Assembly: GCA_963422645.2 (NCBI GenBank)
Contig: CAXXVO010000014.1
Coordinates: forward strand, 128,001 to 192,000
Reading direction: 5' to 3'
DNA: 64,000 nt
Origin: Alphaproteobacteria bacterium
GTDB lineage: Bacteria > Pseudomonadota > Alphaproteobacteria > UBA828
The position numbers and the translations under genes were made by a program. Under the pieces are notes generated by a model, which saw only the letters and a list, made by a program, of their open reading frames with translations, ran no database searches and was not told where the DNA came from. Shown here one piece after another: positions 53,430 to 62,283 of the stretch; the first letter of the stretch is position 1, and every line of letters begins with the position of its first letter.

Positions 53430-56400
53430 GTGAGCGAGACAGGCACTTTCACCGGTCGCGTGGCCGCTGCGTTGCGGCGACGCGAGACGCTCCGCATCGC
53501 GGCCCCAGCCGGCGTCGCCGTCGTGGTCGTCGGCGTCCTGCTCGGCGTGTTCCTGACCGGCGGAGACGAGCAGGACGGAACGTCGGGGCAGTCCGTCGAT
53601 ATTGCCGATCGCACGGCCGAGAGCACCGTGGACAGCGTATCGCCGGCCGAGGAGGCGGAGCCCGCGACGGCCGATGCCGGCGTTCCCGAACCGGCCGAAC
53701 TCAAGCCCGAACAGACGGCTGAAGCGCTACCGGTGCCTGCCGACGTTCCCGGCGGCGACATCGATGTTGGCCCGCTGGAGGAAGAGACGGCTGAACCGGC
53801 TTCGGCCGCGCCCGAGAAGCCGACCGAGGCTGAAACCGGTGAGTTGGCTGAGACGACTCCGACTCCGGCTGACTCGCCTGCGGGCGACGTCGATACCGTT
53901 GTGCAGGACGAAGAGACGGCCGGGCCGGCGACAGCGGACGATGGCGCGCCTGCGGTCACAGCGACAGGAGACGCTGCCGAGACCGACGTTGCCGCCACAA
54001 ACGGTGACGGCACCGAGCCCACCACCGAAGAGGACGAGGAAGTTGCGGCCGAGCCGGGGGCAGCGGGAGACGCGGCGGATACCGACACGATGGCGGAGGG
54101 CGACGACGGCACCGCGCCCATTGCCGAGGACGATGCAACGGCAGCGGCTAAGACAGAAGCGGAGGAGGAGCCGGCAGACACTGAAACGATGGCGGAGGCC
54201 GATGACGGCGCCGCAACCGCCACAGAGGATGATTTGGCAGCTTTGTCTGAGCCAAGCGCGGAGGAAGAGCCGTCAGATACCGAAACGATGGCGGCGACCG
54301 ACGACGGTACCGCGCCCGCCACCGATGAGGATGCGACGGCTGCGGCTGAGCCAGAAGCGGAGGAGGAGCCGGCAGACACTGAAACGATGGCGGAGGCCGA
54401 TGATGGCACCGCGCCCGCCACCGATGAGGATGCAACGGCTGCGGCTGAGCCAGGGGCAGCGGACGACGCTGCCGGCACCGACACCATGGCGGCGACCGAC
54501 GACGACACCGCGCCCGCCACGGATGAGGATGCAACGGCTGCGGCTCAGACAGTAACAGCACCGGACGACGTTGCCGGCACCGACACCATGGCGGAAGGCG
54601 ACGACGACGTGGCACCCGCCACGGATGAGGATGCAACGGCTGCGGCTGAGCCAGGGGCAACGGACGACGCTGCCGGCACCGATACGACGGCGGAAGGCGA
54701 CGACGGCACCGCGCCCGCTACCGATGAGGATGCAACGGCTGCGGCTGAGACAGGGGCAGCAGACGACGCAGCCAGCACCGGCACCACGGCGGAAGGCGAC
54801 GACGACGTGGCATCCGCCACCGATGAGGATACAACGGCTGCGGCTCAAACAGAAACGGCAAGGGACGACGCAGCCGGCACCGACACGACGGCGGAAGGTG
54901 ACGGCGACGTGGCACCCGCCACCGATGAGGATGTAACGGCTGCGGCTGAGCCAGGGGCAACGGACGACGCAGCCGGCACTGACACCATGGCGGAAGGCGA
55001 CGACGACGTGGCACCCGCCGCCGACGAGGATGCGACGGCTGCGGCTGAGCCAGGGGCACCGGACGACGCAGCCGGCACCGACACCATGGCGGCAGGCGAC
55101 GACGGCACCGCGCCTGCGACCGAGGAGGATGAGGCGACTACGGTTGAGACGGGGGCTGGGGAGGACGCGACCGGCGCCGACACGATGGCGGAAGGCAATG
55201 ACGGCGCCGAGCCCGCCACCGATGAGGTTGCAACGGCTGCGGCTGAAACAGGGGCAGCGGACGACGCAGCCGGCGCCGATACGATGGCGGCGACAGACGA
55301 CGGCACCGCGCCTGCTACCGAGGACGATGCAGCGGCTGCGGCTGCGGCGGGTGCTGGGGACGACGCGATCGGCGCCGACACCATGGCGGCGACCGGAGAC
55401 GGCACCGCGCCCGCCACCGATGAGGATGCAACAGCTGCGGTTGAGCCAGGAGCAACTGACGACGCAGCCGGCATCGACACGATGGCGGCGACAGACGACG
55501 GCACCGCGCCTGCCGCCGAAGAGGATGCGGCGGCTACGGCTTCGGCCGCGACAACGGGAGACGACGCGGCCGGCGCCGACACCATGGCGGTGACCGACGA
55601 CGGTACTGCGCCCACCGCCGAGCTGGATGAAGAGGCAACCGAGTCCGCGGCGGCGGCTGACGGCACCCAAGATACGACCGACGAAGGCGAGACGGAGACC
55701 GCTGCCGGCGATGCCGCGCCCCTTGCCACAGAAGAGGGAGCCGAGGAGGCGGAACAGCCCATCGTCGAGACGCGCGTCGTACCCGACGAGCCGGTGGAGC
55801 AGGCTCAGGAACCGACCGTCGCACCGGATGTATCGGAGGAGATGGCGCCTGACGAAGAGCCGGCGCCCGCGGTGATGCCATCGAGCTTCGATACAGTGCG
55901 AATTAAACCCGATGGCAGCGCGGTGATCGCGGGCCGAGCCCCGCCCGGCGCCGAGGTCACGGTGAAGAGCGAGGATGTCGACCTCGGTTCGGAGACCGCC
56001 AACCGGAGCGGCGAATGGACGCTGGTGCCCTATATCCCCATCCCGCCGGGTGACCACCAGTTCTCGGCGATCGCGACCCTGCCGGACGGCACGCAGGTGG
56101 AGTCGGATGAGGTGCTTATCGTCTCCATCCCCGAGCCCGATGAAGACGGGGGGTCGGTGCTCGCCCTCCTGGCGCCGCGTGACGGCGAAGGCGGCAGCAC
56201 GGTTCTACAGAAGCCGGAGCCAGCTCCAGAGCCGGAACCAGTTCAAGAGCAAGCAGAGCCGGAGCCGGCTCCCAAAGTGGAGGAAGAGCCGACGATCGAG
56301 GTTGCGCGCTCTGATGAGACGCCCGCAGATGAGGCCGGTCCCGGCGAGGAAGAGCCGGACGAGGCCCGCCCGGAAGAGACTCCGGAAGAGGAGTCGATGG

Positions 56401-57044
56401 ACCTGGCCAGCCGGGACACGGCTGGTTCGGACGAAGCGGGATCCGGCGAAGCCGCCGCCCCGGACGAGACCATGACGGCTACCGCTCCCACGGACGACGC
56501 CCGGTCAGAAGAGGACGGCTCAGACGAACCCGGGACGGACACCGCCTCGGAGTCTGCAGGGGACGCGCCCACCGCGCCCTCTGAAGGTGAGGATACGGGC
56601 CCGCTCGCCGTGGACACGGTGGATTACGACGATGAGGGCGACATGACCCTCCGCGGCAAGGCCGAGCCGGAGGTGGACCTGCACGTCTATCTCGATGAGC
56701 GGCATGTGGGGACCGTTGAGAGCGACGCGGCAGGCGAGTGGGAACTCGACCCCGACGAAACGGTCGAGCCCGGCAGCTACACGCTCAGAGTCGATCAGAT
56801 CGATCCCGCCGGCGTGGTTCTCGCCCGCATCGAGACCCCCCTGGTCCGGGCCCGGCCCGAGCTGCTCACGCTGGGCGATGCCATCGTGGTGGTGCAGCCG
56901 GGCAACAGCCTCTGGCGCATCGCCCGGCGCACGCTGGGCGGCGGCGTCCACTACACCGAGATCTATGAGGCTAACAGCAGCCAGATCACGGATCCGGCGC
57001 TCATCTATCCGGGCCAGATTTTCACCGTTCCGGGTCTCGACTGA
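53430..57044 (+). CDS. Membrane-anchored LysM peptidoglycan-binding protein with Ig-like domains and an acidic repeat stalk
   Basis: N-terminal TM helix; FDTVRIKPDGSAVIAGRA and VDTVDYDDEG domains; C-terminal VVQPGNSLWRIA...LIYPGQIF (LysM). Confidence 0.85.
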   Translation: MSETGTFTGRVAAALRRRETLRIAAPAGVAVVVVGVLLGVFLTGGDEQDGTSGQSVDIADRTAESTVDSVSPAEEAEPATADAGVPEPAELKPEQTAEALPVPADVPGGDIDVGPLEEETAEPASAAPEKPTEAETGELAETTPTPADSPAGDVDTVVQDEETAGPATADDGAPAVTATGDAAETDVAATNGDGTEPTTEEDEEVAAEPGAAGDAADTDTMAEGDDGTAPIAEDDATAAAKTEAEEEPADTETMAEADDGAATATEDDLAALSEPSAEEEPSDTETMAATDDGTAPATDEDATAAAEPEAEEEPADTETMAEADDGTAPATDEDATAAAEPGAADDAAGTDTMAATDDDTAPATDEDATAAAQTVTAPDDVAGTDTMAEGDDDVAPATDEDATAAAEPGATDDAAGTDTTAEGDDGTAPATDEDATAAAETGAADDAASTGTTAEGDDDVASATDEDTTAAAQTETARDDAAGTDTTAEGDGDVAPATDEDVTAAAEPGATDDAAGTDTMAEGDDDVAPAADEDATAAAEPGAPDDAAGTDTMAAGDDGTAPATEEDEATTVETGAGEDATGADTMAEGNDGAEPATDEVATAAAETGAADDAAGADTMAATDDGTAPATEDDAAAAAAAGAGDDAIGADTMAATGDGTAPATDEDATAAVEPGATDDAAGIDTMAATDDGTAPAAEEDAAATASAATTGDDAAGADTMAVTDDGTAPTAELDEEATESAAAADGTQDTTDEGETETAAGDAAPLATEEGAEEAEQPIVETRVVPDEPVEQAQEPTVAPDVSEEMAPDEEPAPAVMPSSFDTVRIKPDGSAVIAGRAPPGAEVTVKSEDVDLGSETANRSGEWTLVPYIPIPPGDHQFSAIATLPDGTQVESDEVLIVSIPEPDEDGGSVLALLAPRDGEGGSTVLQKPEPAPEPEPVQEQAEPEPAPKVEEEPTIEVARSDETPADEAGPGEEEPDEARPEETPEEESMDLASRDTAGSDEAGSGEAAAPDETMTATAPTDDARSEEDGSDEPGTDTASESAGDAPTAPSEGEDTGPLAVDTVDYDDEGDMTLRGKAEPEVDLHVYLDERHVGTVESDAAGEWELDPDETVEPGSYTLRVDQIDPAGVVLARIETPLVRARPELLTLGDAIVVVQPGNSLWRIARRTLGGGVHYTEIYEANSSQITDPALIYPGQIFTVPGLD
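53982..55665 (+). repeat. About 17 imperfect coding tandem repeats of 99 or 102 bp (33-34 aa)
   Basis: Unit approx. TDTMAEGDDGTAPATDEDATAAAEPGATDDAAG. Confidence 0.9.
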
Positions 57045-57074
57045 CGCCGGCGGTGCTGGCTGCCACCGGGCTGC

Positions 57075-57563
57075 TCAGCCCAGCCGCGCGACGACGTAGC
57101 CGAGCAGGCTGAGCAGACGCTTCTTCTCGTCTTCGGAGAGACCGTGGGTCGCAAGCGCGTTCACCTCCAGCGCGGCCGGCACCAGCTCGCCGCATAGCTC
57201 GCGGCCCCGCTCCGTGAGCACCACGCGGCGCTGACGCCCGTCCTTCCGGTCGGGCACGCGGCGGATCAGACCGTCGCGCTCCATGCGCTGCAGGGTTCGC
57301 GCTGTCGTGGGCTCCTCGATCTGCTGCCGGCGGCTCAGCTCCTTTTGGGTGAGGCTCTCCTCCTCCCAGAGCAGCAGCAGCATCGACCATTGCGCGACCG
57401 AGACCCCGTAGCGGCCCAGCCGTTCCTGCAACGCGCGGGAGAAGAGGCGCGACGCCAGCGAGACCAGGTGGGCGGTGCTTTCCTCGATCACGAAGGGCGT
57501 GGCGCCGCTCGTCTCGTCTCCGCCCCTTGCCGCCGGCCGGCGGCGTATCACCGCATATGACAC
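57075..57563 (-). CDS. MarR family transcriptional regulator (start uncertain)
   Basis: GVSVAQW, LTQKEL, GLIRR...DGRQRRVVLT; GTG after GGGAG. Confidence 0.85.
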   Translation of the reverse strand: MSYAVIRRRPAARGGDETSGATPFVIEESTAHLVSLASRLFSRALQERLGRYGVSVAQWSMLLLLWEEESLTQKELSRRQQIEEPTTARTLQRMERDGLIRRVPDRKDGRQRRVVLTERGRELCGELVPAALEVNALATHGLSEDEKKRLLSLLGYVVARLG

Positions 57564-57760
57564 GGCACTCGCTCCCCTGGCCACTCGCTTCAATCCTATG
57601 GTGCGCCGGCAGGCCCGGACAAGGAAGGGGTGTGGCAGGACGATATGCTGGCGGTGCCCAGAGCCATGCGGAAAACCATTCAAACTGCACGCCATCGCTG
57701 GCATAGTGCGCGCCGCGTCGCCGCCCGTGTCGGCGGTGTGCCGGGGAGGCGAGGGGGGAC

Positions 57761-59083
57761 ATGACGCTTAGCGTGGCGATCGTCGGTTCAGGGCCGGCGG
57801 GTTTCTATACGGCTGACGCGCTCCTGAAGGCGGACCCGGAGTGCCGGATCGACATCATCGACCGGCTGCCGACGCCCTACGGCCTGATCCGCTTCGGGGT
57901 CGCACCCGATCACGAGAAGACCAAGAACGTGATGCGTGGCTTTGCACGCACGGCATCCGACGGCCGCGTTGGCTTTTTCGGCGATGTCGATATCGGCGAG
58001 GCGCTCTCCCTCGACGAGCTGCGCGAGATTTATGATGCCGTCGTGCTGGCGGTCGGCGCCGCCCATGACCGCAAGCTTGGCATCCCCGGCGAAGACAAGG
58101 CCGGCGTCGTCGGCTCCGCGAGCTTCGTCAACTGGTACAACGCCCACCCGGATTTCGTCGACCGCACGCCCGATCTCGACACCTCGAGCGTCGTCATCAT
58201 CGGCGCCGGCAACGTCGCCATCGACGTGGCGCGGGTGCTGGTCAAGACGCCGGCGGAGATGGCGGCGACCGACCTGCCGGACTATGCCGCCGAGCCCATC
58301 CAAAGCGCGCCGATCAGCGACGTCTACATGGTGGCGCGGCGCGGCCCGATCGAGGCCAAGTTCACCAATGTCGAGCTGCGCGAGATGGGCCACCTGGAGC
58401 AATGCGTGCCCCAGGTCGCGGCCGCCGACCTGCCGGACGAGGTAACCGGCGAGATGTCTCCGCGCGACCGGCGCGTGCGCGAGAAGAACCTGGAGACGCT
58501 GCGCGCCTTCGCCGGGCGCGAGGCCGACGAGATGCCCAAGCGCGTGCACTTCGTCTTCTTTGCGAGCCCGGTCGAAATACTCGGGGAGGAGCGGGTGGAG
58601 GCGGTGCGCTTCGAGCGGACGCGGGTCGAGAAGGGGCGCGCCGTCGGCACCGGCGAGCACTTCGAGATCGCCTGCGGCCTGGTGGTTGCCGCCGTGGGCT
58701 ACCTCTCCCTGCCCGTGGATGGTGCGCCCTTCGACCACAAGTATGGCGTCGTCGTGAACGACGAGGGCCGGGTCGGGCCCGGCCTCTATGCGGTCGGCTG
58801 GATCAAGCGCGGCCCGACCGGGGTGATCGGCACCAACAAGCCGGATGGCCGGGACGCCGCGCAACAGATCATCGATGATCTGGGCGCAGGCGGCGGCAAG
58901 CCCGGCCGCGAGGGACTGGAGGCGCTGCTGCGCACACGCGGGCGCCGCTGGGTCGATTTCGAGGACTGGCAACGGATCGAGGCGGCGGAGATTGCGGCCG
59001 CCGCCGAGGGCGCGCCCCGCCGCAAGCTCTACCGGCACGAGGATTTCTGGGCCGTCCTGGACGAGCAGCGGGCCGCCGGCTGA
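57761..59083 (+). CDS. Ferredoxin-NADP+ reductase (adrenodoxin reductase/FprA type)
   Basis: GSGPAGFY, PYGLIRFGVAPDH, GAGNVAID, GWIKRGPTG. Confidence 0.9.
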   Translation: MTLSVAIVGSGPAGFYTADALLKADPECRIDIIDRLPTPYGLIRFGVAPDHEKTKNVMRGFARTASDGRVGFFGDVDIGEALSLDELREIYDAVVLAVGAAHDRKLGIPGEDKAGVVGSASFVNWYNAHPDFVDRTPDLDTSSVVIIGAGNVAIDVARVLVKTPAEMAATDLPDYAAEPIQSAPISDVYMVARRGPIEAKFTNVELREMGHLEQCVPQVAAADLPDEVTGEMSPRDRRVREKNLETLRAFAGREADEMPKRVHFVFFASPVEILGEERVEAVRFERTRVEKGRAVGTGEHFEIACGLVVAAVGYLSLPVDGAPFDHKYGVVVNDEGRVGPGLYAVGWIKRGPTGVIGTNKPDGRDAAQQIIDDLGAGGGKPGREGLEALLRTRGRRWVDFEDWQRIEAAEIAAAAEGAPRRKLYRHEDFWAVLDEQRAAG

Positions 59084-59139
59084 GTGGCGCTCCCCAACGT
59101 CACTGCCCGTCAGGGAAGAGGGCCGGGGGTGCCCAAATT

Positions 59140-59173
59140 CCTCCCGCCCGGGATTGGTGAGCCGGGCGGGAGG
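59140..59173. terminator. Hairpin between convergent genes
   Basis: CCTCCCGCCCGG / CCGGGCGGGAGG, perfect 12-bp stem. Confidence 0.55.
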
Positions 59174-59183
59174 GTGACGGTCT

Positions 59184-60104
59184 CTACTTGAATGCGTCCG
59201 CGTTCTCCATGGTCACGAGGACCGTGCCTGTATCGATAATCGGAGGAAGCGAACCGCCGCCGATCAGCGTCATGACGCTCTCGACCCCGATTGCACCCAT
59301 ATTGTAGGGATTCTGCGCAACAGTTGCTGACATCTCGCCGGCCAATACGCTGGCGGCCGCATCCGGATTGGCATCGAAGCCGACGACGAATACCTGTTCC
59401 AGCATATCCGCGTTCCTGAGTGCTTCGATCGCCCCGAGGCCCATATTGTCGTTGCTGGCGAAGACAGCCATGAGGTTCGGATTGCCGGTGATGATGTTCT
59501 CCATCACTGCCAGCCCTTTTGCCCGGTCCCATTCACCGGTCTGCTCGGCAACGATATTGAGGCCGCAGGCGGCGAGGCCGGCACTCGAACCGTCGGCGCG
59601 CTGCTTGCCGGTCGACTGCGTGAGGACGCCCTGAAGGATGGCAACATCGGAACCGGGGGCCACGTTCGCGCAGATGTGCTCGGCAGCGAGGCCGGCGCCC
59701 ACCAGGTTGTCGGTGCCGATATAGGTCACGCCGGCATTCGAGCCCTTGGTATCGATGAACACCACCGGAACCCCGTCAGCGAGCGCCTCGTCCACGAAGG
59801 GAGCCAATGCGTTCGGGTCGGAGGGTGCAAGGACCATAGCGCTTATGCCCTTGGCAAGCTGATCCTCGATCTGCGCGATTTGCACCGCAACATCGGACTC
59901 GGTCGTTGGTCCAAGCACGACGACCTTCACGCCGAGTTCGGCGCCCTTTTCCATTGCACCGCGCTCGACGGCGGCCCAGAAGGGGTTGCCGGCACCCGGG
60001 CCCTTCACGCTGACGAAGATCGTCTCTTCGGCCGCGGCCATCGGGGCGAGGCCTAACAGTACCGTTGCCGCGACCGCGGCCATTGCACCTTGTAGCTTGT
60101 TCAC
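59184..60104 (-). CDS. Sugar ABC transporter substrate-binding protein (RbsB-like)
   Basis: Signal peptide; NPFW, YIGTDN, ASNDNMGLGA, VVGFD, TVAQNP. Confidence 0.9.
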   Translation of the reverse strand: MNKLQGAMAAVAATVLLGLAPMAAAEETIFVSVKGPGAGNPFWAAVERGAMEKGAELGVKVVVLGPTTESDVAVQIAQIEDQLAKGISAMVLAPSDPNALAPFVDEALADGVPVVFIDTKGSNAGVTYIGTDNLVGAGLAAEHICANVAPGSDVAILQGVLTQSTGKQRADGSSAGLAACGLNIVAEQTGEWDRAKGLAVMENIITGNPNLMAVFASNDNMGLGAIEALRNADMLEQVFVVGFDANPDAAASVLAGEMSATVAQNPYNMGAIGVESVMTLIGGGSLPPIIDTGTVLVTMENADAFK

Positions 60105-60203
60105 TGTCGTCTCCCTCCAAAAATAGGTTTGCTGACATGATTGAACGCAACGACCCGAGCACGGGCAGGTCAACCAAGTCCGAAGCGCACATAACTATAG
60201 TCT

Positions 60204-61235
60204 CTAGTGGCGCGTGCCAAGGTCGCGCCGCAACACGTCGATGAACACCGCGAGCACGATGATCGCGCCGATCAGGATCTGCTGCCAGAACGAGCTGACA
60301 TCGTTCAGGTTGAGACCGTTCCTGATCAATCCCATGATCAGCACGCCGCCGAAGATGCCGAGCACCTGTCCGCGGCCGCCGAAGAAGCTCGCCCCGCCGA
60401 TGATGACTGCGGCGATCGCTTCGAGCTCCATGCCGAGGCCCGCATTCGGAAATCCGGAATTGGTCCGCCCGGCCATGATCAGCCCGGCGATGCCGGCCAT
60501 GCATCCGCATATGGAGTAGACGATGATCAGCGTGCGGTCGACGTTAATTCCGCTGACCCTGGCCGCTTGCGGATTGCCGCCGATTGCGTAGAGGCGCCGA
60601 CCGAACACCGTATGCTCCAGCAGCACCCAGAAAACCAGGTAGACGACGACGGTAAAGATGAACACAACCGGTAGGTTCAAGCGTGCTCCATCGACCTCGC
60701 CAAGGAAAATACGGGCCGATCCGAGGAAGCGAATCGGGTCGGGTAGCCCCGAATAGGGCACACCTCCAGATATCAGGTTCGCCAATCCACGAGCCATGAA
60801 CAACATGCCCAATGTCATGATGAAGGGGTGCGGCATGCGAAGCTTTGTAATGCCGACACCGTTCACGAATCCCGCGGCAATCCCCACCAGCGGTGAAAGC
60901 ACCAGCACCACCGGCCAGGGAACGCCGGACGCGCTGGACACCGCAAGAGTCATCATGCCCAGCGCCATGACCGAACCGACCGACAGATCGATGCCGGCAG
61001 TCAGGATCACCAGGAACATGCCGATCGACAGCATCCCGTTGGCTGCGGTCTGCTTGAAGACGTTGGTGATATTGCGCCACGAAAGGAAAACGTCGGGTTG
61101 CAGCGCCCACAACACGACGCACATCACGACGATGACGATCAGGATTCCGTAACGATCGAGGATCGGCATGAGCCTGACCCGCAGCGGGTCCGTGTCTTCG
61201 AACTCCGGCTCGGTGCCGACTGGATCACGTGGCAC
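60204..61235 (-). CDS. Sugar ABC transporter permease (RbsC-like)
   Basis: GIDLSVGS, PFIMTLG, AIGGN..AARVSGI, ELEAIAAVIIGG. Confidence 0.9.
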   Translation of the reverse strand: MPRDPVGTEPEFEDTDPLRVRLMPILDRYGILIVIVVMCVVLWALQPDVFLSWRNITNVFKQTAANGMLSIGMFLVILTAGIDLSVGSVMALGMMTLAVSSASGVPWPVVLVLSPLVGIAAGFVNGVGITKLRMPHPFIMTLGMLFMARGLANLISGGVPYSGLPDPIRFLGSARIFLGEVDGARLNLPVVFIFTVVVYLVFWVLLEHTVFGRRLYAIGGNPQAARVSGINVDRTLIIVYSICGCMAGIAGLIMAGRTNSGFPNAGLGMELEAIAAVIIGGASFFGGRGQVLGIFGGVLIMGLIRNGLNLNDVSSFWQQILIGAIIVLAVFIDVLRRDLGTRH

Positions 61236-62028
61236 GGTGATGCGCCGGTTCCTTCGCGTTTTCCTTCGTTCCCATGACCCAGCCGATGACTTCGCTGCGG
61301 GTTGTCTCGGCCAGTTTCGCCTCGGCGAAGTTCGTTCCGTGGTACAGGGCCATTACCCGATCGCAGACGTGGAATATATCGTCCATGCGGTGGCTGATGA
61401 TCGCGACCGAAATGCCGCGGTTCTTCAGGCCGATGATGAGATCGAGCACCTTGCCGACCTCCTTGACCGCAAGCGCCGCAGTCGGTTCGTCCATGATCAC
61501 GATGCGCGCCTGGAACGCAATCGAACGTGCAATCGCGACCGCCTGCCGCTGGCCGCCCGACAATTCCTCCACCTTTTGCTCCACGCTCTTCACGTGGATT
61601 TTCAGATTGTCGAGATGCTGTTTTGCCAATTCCCGCCCGCCGCGATGGTCGAAGAGCGACACCAGCCCGCCGAGCAGTCTGCGCTTCGGCTCGCGGCCGA
61701 GATAGATGTTCTCGGCAATGTTCGTGTTACCGGCAAGGGCCAGGTCCTGGTAAACCATCTCGATTCCGAGATTGCGGGCATCGCGCGGGCTGTGGAACCG
61801 AACCTGCCGGCCATCAAAGATCAACTGTCCTTCGCTCGGCGGGTGCAGGCCTGACAGGACTTTCATGAGTGTCGACTTGCCGGCGCCATTGTCGCCGACG
61901 ACACCGAGCACCTCACCCGGCCAAAGCTCGAGATCGACATCGCGCAAGGCCGTAACCGCACCGAAATACTTCCAAATCCCACGGGCCTCGAGCAACGGCT
62001 GCGCCGCTTCTTCGGTGCGTTCGCTCAA
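61225..62028 (-). CDS. Sugar ABC transporter ATPase, single domain (start uncertain)
   Basis: GDNGAGKST, LSGGQRQ, MDEPTAAL. Confidence 0.88.
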   Translation of the reverse strand: MSERTEEAAQPLLEARGIWKYFGAVTALRDVDLELWPGEVLGVVGDNGAGKSTLMKVLSGLHPPSEGQLIFDGRQVRFHSPRDARNLGIEMVYQDLALAGNTNIAENIYLGREPKRRLLGGLVSLFDHRGGRELAKQHLDNLKIHVKSVEQKVEELSGGQRQAVAIARSIAFQARIVIMDEPTAALAVKEVGKVLDLIIGLKNRGISVAIISHRMDDIFHVCDRVMALYHGTNFAEAKLAETTRSEVIGWVMGTKENAKEPAHHRAT

Positions 62029-62283
62029 ATGTCCACCCGCCTGCGCAATGGGGATTGGCCCTCGCGCGGACCATAGGTTGATCGCGTTTGAACCGTCAAG
62101 GCTGGCCACGCCAGCTACCCGCCGGGTTCAGCCGGCTGGCCAAACCTGACATCTCGGGCGAATGCACGCCCCGGACCGGCCCGAAAAAGGTCGGACCACT
62201 AGACATCGGGGGCCGGTGGGAGTAAGTGAATCGTCCCGCCCCAGTCGACTGACTCGGCGGGTCTCATGGAGACTGACAGGGCC

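Noticed and set aside
53982-55665. CRISPR-like array
   Set aside because: Repeats are contiguous, degenerate, in-frame multiples of 3 with no unique spacers, and no cas genes are present
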